Below the pieces are notes generated by a model. That model did no database searches and was not told the origin of the DNA. It was given only the letters and a program-made list of their open reading frames with translations. Position numbers and translations under genes: made by a program. A stretch of 64,000 nucleotides of DNA from Armatimonadota bacterium (GTDB lineage Bacteria > Armatimonadota > SYMT01), in the NCBI GenBank assembly GCA_041690135.1, contig JAWLHY010000008.1, positions 302,784 through 366,783 on the forward strand. Reading direction: 5' to 3'. This document shows, one piece after another, positions 19,569-27,660 of the stretch. Positions within the stretch are counted from its first letter, which is position 1; each line of letters starts with the position of its first letter.

Positions 19569-19596
19569 TCACGAGAGTGACTTGGCTCCTTAAAGG

Positions 19597-19745
19597 GAAG
19601 CGCGCAACCGGCAGAGCGAGTATGTGGGCACACAGCACCTGCTCCTCGGGCTTCTGATGACTGGGGCGAAGCCGCCCGGGTTCTCCGTGACCAGGGCGTC
19701 GAAGAGCACCGGATGCGAGCCATTGCGCGCGAGCTCCAGCGGTAA
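19597..19745 (+). pseudogene. Degenerate Clp N-terminal (Clp repeat) remnant
   Basis: EARNRQSEYVGTQHLLLGLL, then a -1 frameshift to GEAARVLRDQGVEEHRMR; in-frame TAA at 19591 immediately upstream. Confidence 0.6.
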
Positions 19746-20022
19746 GGGGGTGGGGCGAGTAACTGGGAAGGTACAGTTTCCCAGAGGGAGGCCGACACCC
19801 GCGCGCGCGGGTACCCGGCGCCGTCACTCCGGCAAGCTTTGCTGACCTGCGTTGATGAACAGGTTCGTGCCGAGTGATCGAAACCTATTCAGATAATTTC
19901 CCACCCCCGAAGAGACATTCGCAGCGACCCCACCGCATTCAGCGGAGCCTGATCCTTCGCACTCCCCGACTCCACCGGGTAACATGGACCGGTGTATCCG
20001 GTAGGGCGAGGGAGAATGTGCG

Positions 20023-21177
20023 ATGGAGAGGCAGATCAAGCGGGTAGTGGTGGGCATGTCGGGCGGGGTGGATTCCTCCGTCACCGCCGCTCTGCTGCGG
20101 GACCAGGGATACGAGGTCATCGGCGCCACGATGCTCGTGTGGTCGCCGCCCGGCGTGGACATGAACTACACGGATAGCTGCTGTGGGCTCTCCGCCGCGG
20201 AGGACGCGCGTCGGGTCTGCGCGCGCCTCGGTATCCGCCACTACACCCTCGACTTCAAGGACGTCTTCTACGACGCCATCATCCGGAACTACGTGGAGGA
20301 GTACCGGCAGGGGAGGACCCCCAACCCATGCGTCCGGTGCAACGAGTTCATCAAGTTCCGCGCACTCCTCGACCGGGCCGCGTCGCTGGGAGCAGACGCC
20401 GTCGCCACCGGCCATTACGCGCGCATCCGTTACGACGAGGCGCGGGGTCGGTGGCTGCTACTGCGGGCCGCCGACCCACGAAAGGATCAGTCCTACGCCC
20501 TCTACCGGCTCTCGCAGGAGCAACTGTCCCGCACACTGTTCCCGCTGGGGGAAATGAGCAAGGTCGAGGTTCGCGATCTTGCCGCCCGGTATGACCTACC
20601 GACCGCCGGTAAGCCGGATAGTCAGGAGACGTGTTTCGTTCCCGACAACGACTACCCGGCGCTACTCCAGATCCTCGTTCCCGACACCATGGTGCCCGGC
20701 CAGTTCCGTGGGACGGACGGTCGCGTGCTGGGGACCCACCCGGGCATCGCCCATTACACGATCGGCCAGCGGAAGCGGATCAACGTCGGCTCTCCGGTGC
20801 CCCTCTACGTCAGCGGTATCGATCCGGGCACCAATACCGTTACCCTGGCGGCCGCCGAGGACCCGGCGCTCTATCGGCAGTTAGTGGTGGCCGACGACGT
20901 TAATCTGATTTCCTTCGCTGTAGAGACTACTCCCCGGGATCCGACCGTGGGGCAAGATACGCCAAACGTGGGGGTGCTGGCCGGTCCAATGGCGGTCACG
21001 GCGAAGATACGGTATAATGCGCACGACCAGCCAGCCACCCTTACGGTTGTTTCGGGCGAGGCTGGAATCCGCATCCGGGCCGAGTTCGAGCAACCCATGC
21101 GCGCCGTGACGCCCGGACAGTCCCTGGTCTGCTACCAGGGGGACGAAGTAGTCGGTGGGGGCATTATTGCGGGTTAA
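20023..21177 (+). CDS. mnmA: tRNA 2-thiouridine(34) synthase
   Basis: GMSGGVDSS, GRTPNPCVRCN, ATGHYAR, KDQSYAL, DSQETCF, YTIGQR, AVTPGQ. Confidence 0.96.
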   Translation: MERQIKRVVVGMSGGVDSSVTAALLRDQGYEVIGATMLVWSPPGVDMNYTDSCCGLSAAEDARRVCARLGIRHYTLDFKDVFYDAIIRNYVEEYRQGRTPNPCVRCNEFIKFRALLDRAASLGADAVATGHYARIRYDEARGRWLLLRAADPRKDQSYALYRLSQEQLSRTLFPLGEMSKVEVRDLAARYDLPTAGKPDSQETCFVPDNDYPALLQILVPDTMVPGQFRGTDGRVLGTHPGIAHYTIGQRKRINVGSPVPLYVSGIDPGTNTVTLAAAEDPALYRQLVVADDVNLISFAVETTPRDPTVGQDTPNVGVLAGPMAVTAKIRYNAHDQPATLTVVSGEAGIRIRAEFEQPMRAVTPGQSLVCYQGDEVVGGGIIAG

Positions 21178-21198
21178 TGCGCCGCCGGAAGCGGGTAG
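21173..21198 (+). promoter_or_regulatory. Candidate SigB/SigF-type promoter of ytxH
   Basis: GTTA-N16-GGGTAG about 30 nt upstream of the ytxH start. Confidence 0.3.
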
Positions 21199-21228
21199 CT
21201 TTGACTGTACCACGCTGGAGGAAGAACC

Positions 21229-21543
21229 GTGAGTACGGAAGGTCGGGATAACCAGGATGGGCTTGTAAGCCTGCTCGTTGGTCTGGGTGTGGGCGTACTT
21301 CTGGGCGGAGTGACGGCGTTGCTGTTGGCTCCCCAGGAAGGAACGCAGACGCGTGCCCAGCTTCGCCACGGCGTGGACGACACGCTGGGTAAGCTGCGGG
21401 ACTCGATGGATGATCTGCGCGCCAAGGTGGAAGAGGCTACCTCCTCCGCTCGCGAAGCGGTGGCTTCCCGGAGGGCGACGGGCCCCGACGCTCTCACGGG
21501 CGACGTGGCCGGTGCCACCGACGAAGGCATCGCGCCCGCTTGA
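21229..21543 (+). CDS. YtxH-domain general stress protein
   Basis: GVLLGGVTALLLAPQEGTQTR motif followed by a coiled region. Confidence 0.82.
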   Translation: MSTEGRDNQDGLVSLLVGLGVGVLLGGVTALLLAPQEGTQTRAQLRHGVDDTLGKLRDSMDDLRAKVEEATSSAREAVASRRATGPDALTGDVAGATDEGIAPA

Positions 21544-21669
21544 TCTCCGTTTGACGCCCGCTCCCAACGGATCACGAGTCGCACGCCCCTTCCGCTCACG
21601 AGGTGGCGACGGCGTGTAATTGCTGGTCTTGCTGGCTGGACCCGAAAGAGTGGGCCAGAGGAGAAGGGA

Positions 21670-22011
21670 ATGAACTTGAGGGTTGAGACCCGTAAGCCTC
21701 GCGAAGGCGTTGCCGTCATCGCCCTAAGCGGAGAGGTGGATGTCTACACGTCACCCCGTGTAAAGCAGGAGATTGTAGATCTGCTCAATGCGGGTACTAC
21801 GAAACTGGTCGTGGACCTGAGTGGAGTGGAATATCTCGACAGCACCGGTTTGGGGGTGCTGATCGGCGGCCTCAAGCGGGCGCGCGAGCGTGACGGAGAT
21901 CTGAAGTTGGTGTGCGACAATCTGCGGATCCTGCGGATCTTTGAGATTACCGGCCTCACCAAGATCTTCGACATCTACCGGAACGAGAGTGAGGCACTGG
22001 AGAAGGTGTAG
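21670..22011 (+). CDS. rsbV: Anti-sigma factor antagonist (STAS, RsbV-like)
   Basis: GEVDVYTSP, VEYLDSTGLGVL phosphoacceptor Ser motif, IFEITGL. Confidence 0.9.
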   Translation: MNLRVETRKPREGVAVIALSGEVDVYTSPRVKQEIVDLLNAGTTKLVVDLSGVEYLDSTGLGVLIGGLKRARERDGDLKLVCDNLRILRIFEITGLTKIFDIYRNESEALEKV

Positions 22012-22087
22012 TCCAGCGTGGTCCGGGTCGGCGGTGACGTCGGTCACGGCCGACCCGAGTTGGGAATGTAAAGAGGAGCGCGAAACA

Positions 22088-22519
22088 GTGCCCACGAGTA
22101 AGCCATTGGCCCAGGTTGAGCTATGTATCCCCAGTCGGCCCGAGTACGTGGGGGTTGCGCGGTTGGCCATCCTGGGAGTGGCCAGCCGGATGCGGTTTAG
22201 CTACGACGAGGTGGAAGATATTCGCCTCGCAGTGGGGGAAGCCTGCACCCGCTCGATCGATCGCTTGAACGGAAGCGCAGCCGAAGGACATACGATCAGC
22301 CTTCGGTGCCTCATCGATGCCAACCGGCTAACGATCGAGGTAACGAACCCGCTGGTTCCGGCAGCGCCGAAACCTCCACCGGGCGAAAGCCCCGAGAGCC
22401 TGCCCGAAGGGGATCTCAGCGGAGTGCTGATCCGCATCCTGATGGACGAGGTTGAGGCCGAGGAAAGTCAGGATGAAGGCACTCAGGTCTTACGGATGGT
22501 GAAATACGTGGCGAGGTGA
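22088..22519 (+). CDS. rsbW: Anti-sigma factor RsbW-like with degenerate kinase motifs
   Basis: IPSRPEYVGVARL..EDIRLAVGEACT, LMDEV; lies between rsbV and the sigma gene; GTG start after AGAGGAG. Confidence 0.8.
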   Translation: MPTSKPLAQVELCIPSRPEYVGVARLAILGVASRMRFSYDEVEDIRLAVGEACTRSIDRLNGSAAEGHTISLRCLIDANRLTIEVTNPLVPAAPKPPPGESPESLPEGDLSGVLIRILMDEVEAEESQDEGTQVLRMVKYVAR

Positions 22520-22531
22520 TCGGTAGCAGTT

Positions 22532-23323
22532 ATGAAGCCCCGCGAGGAAGCCCAGACGTTCGAGGCAGATGCGGAGACTCTGTTTGAGGAATACCGGCGG
22601 ACGGGGAGCCCCGCTCTCCGCGAGCACCTGGTTTTGATGCATGAAAACCTGGTCCGCTACCTGGCGGCGAAGTTTGCCAACCGCGGCGAACCGCTCGACG
22701 ACCTGATTCAAGTCGGGATGATCGGGCTAATCAACGCGATTGACCGCTTCGACCCGGGTAGGGGAACCAGGTTTTCTACGTACGCCACCCCGACGATCGT
22801 CGGGGAGATCAAGCGCTACTTCCGCGACCGTTCGTGGAACCTGAAAGTGCCGCGCTGGCTGCAAGAGCTGAACCTGCGCGTGATGAAGGCCAACGACGAA
22901 CTGTCGCAGCTTCTAGGGCGCTCTCCCAACATCCGCGAGATCGCGGACCACGTCGAGTGCACCGAAGAGGACGCGCTCCGCGCCATCGAACTGGGGAACG
23001 CCTACGAAACCGTTTCCCTCGACAGCAAGCTGGCGCTGGAAGGGGATGCGACGCTGACCCTTAGCGACTCGATTGGCGTGGAAGATCTCGACCTGGACCA
23101 GATCGATTCTTACGACGATCTCAAAATGGCCCTGGCCCAGCTCGACAATCGGGAAAAGATGATCATCTACCTCCGCTACTTCCAGGACCTGAGCCAGACC
23201 GAGGTAGCGAAACGCCTCAACATTTCGCAGATGCACGTGTCGCGCCTCCAGCACCGGGCGCTCTCCAAGCTGAAGCAGTCGCTTTCGGAAGAACAAATGG
23301 AAGTTTTCCAGAAAGCCGCGTGA
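22532..23323 (+). CDS. sigB: SigB/SigF/SigG-family RNA polymerase sigma factor
   Basis: DDLIQVGMIGLINAIDRFDP, FSTYATPTIVGEIKRYFRD, SQMHVSRL. Confidence 0.88.
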   Translation: MKPREEAQTFEADAETLFEEYRRTGSPALREHLVLMHENLVRYLAAKFANRGEPLDDLIQVGMIGLINAIDRFDPGRGTRFSTYATPTIVGEIKRYFRDRSWNLKVPRWLQELNLRVMKANDELSQLLGRSPNIREIADHVECTEEDALRAIELGNAYETVSLDSKLALEGDATLTLSDSIGVEDLDLDQIDSYDDLKMALAQLDNREKMIIYLRYFQDLSQTEVAKRLNISQMHVSRLQHRALSKLKQSLSEEQMEVFQKAA

Positions 23324-23386
23324 CCGGAGGAGTTCTCGCCGCGTTTGCCGGAGTGGATAGTAATCTTCCGGCGACGCGGCGTATTC

Positions 23387-24547
23387 ATGTCCTCAGATCC
23401 AACTTCCCGAACCCTCGTGACCCTGGCGGGTCTTGCAGTCCTCGCGGCCTGCATGTGGCTCATCCGCGAGGTGCTCCCGCCGTTCCTGGTGGCGGCAGTA
23501 CTGGCGTTGCTGCTCGATCCGCTGTTGGGCCGAATGCAGCGGTGGGGCGTCCCGCGCGCGCTCGCTGTCGGCCTCACCTTTCTCGCCTTCCTCGGGTTGT
23601 TCTTCGGCGCCGTCGCTTTTGTCGTCCCGAAGCTGGTGGGGCAGGTAGCCGACCTGGTCCGCAACATCGATGATTACGGAGTACGGGCCGAAGCGCTCGT
23701 GAGCGCATGGCTTTATCGCTTCGAGCCTACTCTGCGCTCACTGAACCTACCTCCGACGCTTCCGGACCTCTGGACGGAGTACCAGGGCCAGATCACGGGC
23801 TATCTCCAGGTGCTGCTCCAGCACGTCTTCCAGGCACTACAGGCATCCGCTGCGCGGCTGGGATGGGTACTGGTCATTCCCATCGTCACCCTCTACCTCC
23901 TCGCCGACCTGGAGAAGTTGAAGGCGCGGATCTATCACCTCCTGTCGGCACGGTATCGGGACGTGGTGGTGGAGTTAGCGACCAAAGTGGGGCTGGTCGT
24001 GGCCGCCTATCTCCGCGGCCTGACGATGATCTGCCTCGCCTACGGGCTGGCCGTCTACCTGATCCTGGCTTTCGGCTATCGGCTTCCCTACGCTTTGATC
24101 CTCGGCCTCCTGGCCGGAGCCCTTTACGCCGTACCCTACCTGGGCCAGCTTACCGTGCTGGCGGGAGCCTGTGCGGTTGCATGGGCGAACGGGTCGGGTG
24201 GGGGGGAGATCTTCTCGGCGGCAGTCACGCTGGTGTTGATCGGTCAGATCTTCGATCAGTGGATCACGCCCCGCGTAATCGGGAGCCAGGTAGGCCTGCA
24301 CCCCGTGCTCGGCCTTTTCGCCCTGATGGTGGGGGCGCAACTCTTCGGACTGACGGGAATGGTCATCGCCGTTCCGGTGGCTGCCTCCATCCGGGTCGTC
24401 CTCGTTGAACTGTTTCCCCAACTCGCCGAACCCATTCCCCCCGTGACCAGCAAGATCAGCCACCTGAAAAAGGTTATGGCTGCAAATGAAGCTCCCGAGC
24501 CAAGAACTGAAGAAGAAACGTCCTCACCAGAGCTGGTGGCGCCGTGA
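23387..24547 (+). CDS. AI-2E family transporter
   Basis: Multi-TM; AYLRG, VPYLG, ITPRVIGSQVGLHP, GLTGMVIAVPVAA. Confidence 0.9.
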   Translation: MSSDPTSRTLVTLAGLAVLAACMWLIREVLPPFLVAAVLALLLDPLLGRMQRWGVPRALAVGLTFLAFLGLFFGAVAFVVPKLVGQVADLVRNIDDYGVRAEALVSAWLYRFEPTLRSLNLPPTLPDLWTEYQGQITGYLQVLLQHVFQALQASAARLGWVLVIPIVTLYLLADLEKLKARIYHLLSARYRDVVVELATKVGLVVAAYLRGLTMICLAYGLAVYLILAFGYRLPYALILGLLAGALYAVPYLGQLTVLAGACAVAWANGSGGGEIFSAAVTLVLIGQIFDQWITPRVIGSQVGLHPVLGLFALMVGAQLFGLTGMVIAVPVAASIRVVLVELFPQLAEPIPPVTSKISHLKKVMAANEAPEPRTEEETSSPELVAP

Positions 24548-24558
24548 TGCCAATGGGA

Positions 24559-24653
24559 GTGGGGCGGGCGTCTCGCCCGCCAGCGGCGATCAACCGATTG
24601 CCAAAGGCAAGCGCGAGCCTCTGTGGGGCGGGCGTCTCGCCCGCCCCACAGAG
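24559..24653. repeat. Two copies of a 23-bp REP-like palindrome
   Basis: GTGGGGCGGGCGTCTCGCCCGCC at 24559-24581 and 24623-24645; the second copy extends to a 15-bp perfect stem (24619-24633/24639-24653); lies between convergent genes. Confidence 0.8.
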
Positions 24654-24674
24654 AATTACAGTACGACTACGGTC

Positions 24675-25892
24675 TCAGGCGGCTGTGACGCCTGAGACGG
24701 CCTGTGGGGGCGCCTCGACGAGGCCGGCTCCCGCGGCGGGTTGGGTCACGTAGAACTCCGGCACTTTGTTGCATGCCTGCCGATACTGCTCCGCCACGTG
24801 CTCTTTGAAGGCCTCGACGCGGTCGCGGTGGACCAGGCTCACCGTGCATCCCCCGAAGCCGGCCCCCGTCAGGCGGCTGCCCAGGCAGCCCTCCACGTCC
24901 CGGGCGGCGTAGACCAGCGCATCGAGAGCGGGCGAGCTCACCTGGTAATCGTCTCGCAGGCTGTCGTGGCTGTCGTTCATCAACTCGCCGAAAGCCTTCA
25001 GGTCCTTCGCTTTGAGCGCATTCACCGCCTGGAGCGTCCGCGCATTCTCGCTGATGACGTGGTTGGCGCGCCGGCACACGTAAGGATCCATCTCGTCGCC
25101 GTATTGCTGCAAATCCGCCATGGTCACATCGCGGAGCGCGCGCACGTGCGGCATGTGCTTACGGAACACGGCCACCGCCGCTTCGCACTGCTCGCGGCGT
25201 TTGTTGTAAGCGCTGGCCGCCAGTTCTCGGCTCTGAAGCGAGTTGGTGACGACGAAGCAGTACTCTTCCGTGTTTACGGGCACCAACTCAAACTCGAGCG
25301 ACCGGCAATCAATAAAGAGGGCATGACCCGCGTGGCCCAGGCGTGAGACGAACTGGTCCATGATCCCCACGTGCACGCCCATGAAGTTGTTCTCGGCCGA
25401 CTGGGCGAGGATGGCCATCTCTCGCGCCTCAACCACCGCCTTACTGACTGTACAAAAGGCCATCGCCGCCGCGATCTCCATGGCCGCCGATGAACTCAGC
25501 CCGGAGGCGACAGGTACGTTTCCTTCCACCACGCCGTCCATGCCGTAGAGAAGACAGCCGAACTGCAGCAACTCCTTCGCCATTCCGCGGACGTAGTTGT
25601 TCCAGAAAACGCTGTCGTCTCGTTCGATCCGGTCCAGGTCGAACGTTACTTCCTGGTCGAAGTTCACGGAGTAGAGGCGGACCATCCGGTCGTGCCGCTG
25701 CGCGACGGCGAACCGGACGTCATGGTCGATCGCGATGGGGAGCACGAAGCCGTCATTATAATCCGTGTGCTCGCCGATCAGGTTGACGCGGCCGGGAGCC
25801 CGGACGATGATCGGCTCGCCGTCGTAGCGGCGCTTGAACTCCTCACGCAGCTTTTCGGTCCGCTCCTGGTTCTCGGGGGTATCGTGGTGCAT
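24675..25892 (-). CDS. galK: Galactokinase
   Basis: APGRVNLIGEHTDYNDG, GLSSSAA, GIMDQ, GSRLTGAGFGGC. Confidence 0.96.
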   Translation of the reverse strand: MHHDTPENQERTEKLREEFKRRYDGEPIIVRAPGRVNLIGEHTDYNDGFVLPIAIDHDVRFAVAQRHDRMVRLYSVNFDQEVTFDLDRIERDDSVFWNNYVRGMAKELLQFGCLLYGMDGVVEGNVPVASGLSSSAAMEIAAAMAFCTVSKAVVEAREMAILAQSAENNFMGVHVGIMDQFVSRLGHAGHALFIDCRSLEFELVPVNTEEYCFVVTNSLQSRELAASAYNKRREQCEAAVAVFRKHMPHVRALRDVTMADLQQYGDEMDPYVCRRANHVISENARTLQAVNALKAKDLKAFGELMNDSHDSLRDDYQVSSPALDALVYAARDVEGCLGSRLTGAGFGGCTVSLVHRDRVEAFKEHVAEQYRQACNKVPEFYVTQPAAGAGLVEAPPQAVSGVTAA

Positions 25893-25954
25893 CTCGGTTC
25901 CTTTTCCCTCGCTTTGCGCTCAACCGGCGCGCGGGCGGGGCACTGGCTGATCCA

Positions 25955-26938
25955 TCAGGCGGTCGACCGGGGTTCCGCGGTCCGCAATTCCGCGGCCTTC
26001 TCTTCTGCCAAAGTGTCGTTGATGAAAGTACCGGCGCCGGATTCGACGCTGGCGAGGTACTTCAACTTATTTGCCGTGCGGAGCGGAGGGTAGAACTCAA
26101 CACGGAAATGATCCGCTTCCGGGCCCCGTCCGTCCGTCGGAAGCTGCTTCAGGACCATCATGTAGGGCATCGAGAGCCCCCAAAGCGCGTCGTAGCGCCC
26201 CATCACCTCTTTGAGCACGCGGGCCAGGTCGAGGATTTCCGCCGCGGTGAGGTCGTTAAGCGAGCTCCGATGCTCATTGGCCCAGACATGAACCTCATAA
26301 GGATACCGGGCGTAGAACGGGATACCGGCAAAGAAAGCGTCGCCCTCGACCACGCGGCGGCGACTGTCCTCACGCTCCTGGGTCACGATATCGCATACCA
26401 GGCACCGGTTGGTTGCCCGCCGGTACTCCGCTTGTGCGTTCAGTTCCCGCTCCAGCCGCGGTGGGATAAAAGGGAAGGCGTAGAGCTGACCGTGAGGGTG
26501 GTGGAGAGTGACGCCGATCGCCTCGCCCTTATTCTCAAAGATGTACACATAGCGAACGAAATCTAGGGCGGCCAGCTCCGCGTATCGGTCCCGCCACATG
26601 TAGATCAGCTCTTCGATTTTTTCCACGGGCTGCGTGGCCAGAGTCGCGTCGTGCTCGGGCGCGTAGACCAGAACCTCACACACTCCTTCCGCGGGAGTTA
26701 CCGGGTGAAGGTCGGTTCCCTGAACGGCGGGCGTCGGTGGGTCGGGCCGCAGACTGGGAAACCGGTTCAGGAATGCAACGGTCCGGTAGCTCCGAACCGG
26801 GATTTCCGTTGGCGCGCCCCCGGCTCGTTCCGGACACAGGGGGCAGTAATCCTTGGGAGGGAGGAAGGTACGGTCCTGGCGTTCCGTGGACGTAATAACC
26901 CACTCCTGCAGGAGCGGGTGCCAGCGAAGCTCGGACAT
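25955..26938 (-). CDS. galT: Galactose-1-phosphate uridylyltransferase
   Basis: MSELRWHP, CPLCP, FENKGEAIGVTLHHPHGQ (HxH), KYLASVE. Confidence 0.95.
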   Translation of the reverse strand: MSELRWHPLLQEWVITSTERQDRTFLPPKDYCPLCPERAGGAPTEIPVRSYRTVAFLNRFPSLRPDPPTPAVQGTDLHPVTPAEGVCEVLVYAPEHDATLATQPVEKIEELIYMWRDRYAELAALDFVRYVYIFENKGEAIGVTLHHPHGQLYAFPFIPPRLERELNAQAEYRRATNRCLVCDIVTQEREDSRRRVVEGDAFFAGIPFYARYPYEVHVWANEHRSSLNDLTAAEILDLARVLKEVMGRYDALWGLSMPYMMVLKQLPTDGRGPEADHFRVEFYPPLRTANKLKYLASVESGAGTFINDTLAEEKAAELRTAEPRSTA

Positions 26939-27018
26939 GAACCGGAGACCTCCTCGGATCGGGGAGCGTGAACCGGCTCGTATATACCACCCCGCGCCGG
27001 TGCGCAAACGGGTGGAGG

Positions 27019-27040
27019 CGGCTTGTAGGCCTACAAGCCG
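27019..27040. promoter_or_regulatory. 22-bp perfect palindrome, candidate operator upstream of galT
   Basis: CGGCTTGTAGG|CCTACAAGCCG about 80 bp upstream of the galT start. Confidence 0.45.
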
Positions 27041-27176
27041 GTGAGCGCCAGGCGGGGATTCTCACACAACACATTGTCCCCGCGCTAATCGGTAGCCGAG
27101 AATCAACCCGTGGGTGAATGTGAACCTCGCGGCCATTCACCCACGGCAAGGCAGAACCGGTACGGCGGGGGAGAAC

Positions 27177-27473
27177 TCAGTCGGAGGTTTTGGGCTCGGA
27201 CTTGGCTGCCGTACTCGTTTCGGATTTAGTTTCCGTCTTTGTCTCGGAGCTCGTTTCGGACTTGCTTTCGCCCGTACCGCTTCTCCCGCCACTGCCGTTC
27301 TTATAGTCGGTTACGTAGAACCCGGATCCCTTGTACACTACCGCCGGGGGAAACAGAACCCTTCGAAGGCTGCCCCCGCACTTCGCGCAGTCGGTCAGCG
27401 GAGGGTCGCTCATCTTCTGGACTACTTCAGTGCGATCTTCGCACGCCCGGCAGGCGTAAACATACGTAGGCAC
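27177..27473 (-). CDS. FmdB-family zinc-ribbon protein (Rv0991c/Ruc-like)
   Basis: MPTYVYACRAC..CAKCGG..KGSGFYVTDY followed by a disordered S/E/T/K tail. Confidence 0.9.
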   Translation of the reverse strand: MPTYVYACRACEDRTEVVQKMSDPPLTDCAKCGGSLRRVLFPPAVVYKGSGFYVTDYKNGSGGRSGTGESKSETSSETKTETKSETSTAAKSEPKTSD

Positions 27474-27580
27474 TTCGTCTAACTCCTTCTCGTGATCGGT
27501 GCTGAAGCGTTACAATTAGCAGCCGGAGCCAGCGGCACCGGGTTCCTCGCTCCGTCTTCCTTCAAGCAACCGGAACGCGA

Positions 27581-27607
27581 TTAGCACTCGCCGAAGAGGA
27601 GTGCTAA
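27581..27607. promoter_or_regulatory. CIRCE operator (HrcA site)
   Basis: Perfect TTAGCACTC-N9-GAGTGCTAA. Confidence 0.95.
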
Positions 27608-27615
27608 TCGTCGTG

Positions 27616-27645
27616 ATTATAGCAAGTCCCTCCGAGAACAATCAA
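27616..27645 (-). promoter_or_regulatory. Sigma70-type promoter for the fmdB-like gene
   Basis: Minus strand TTGATT-N18-TATAAT with extended TGn, just upstream of the CIRCE. Confidence 0.6.
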
Positions 27646-27660
27646 GAAAGGCTGTTGCCA

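Noticed and set aside
24559-24653. Mini CRISPR array (two 23-bp repeats, 41-bp spacer)
   Set aside because: Only two units, a GC-rich REP-type palindrome, and no cas genes or AT-rich leader.
27108-27146. 13-bp inverted repeat CCGTGGGTGAATG/CATTCACCCACGG
   Set aside because: Most simply a terminator or REP-like hairpin downstream of the fmdB-like gene; single copy in the window with no further support.
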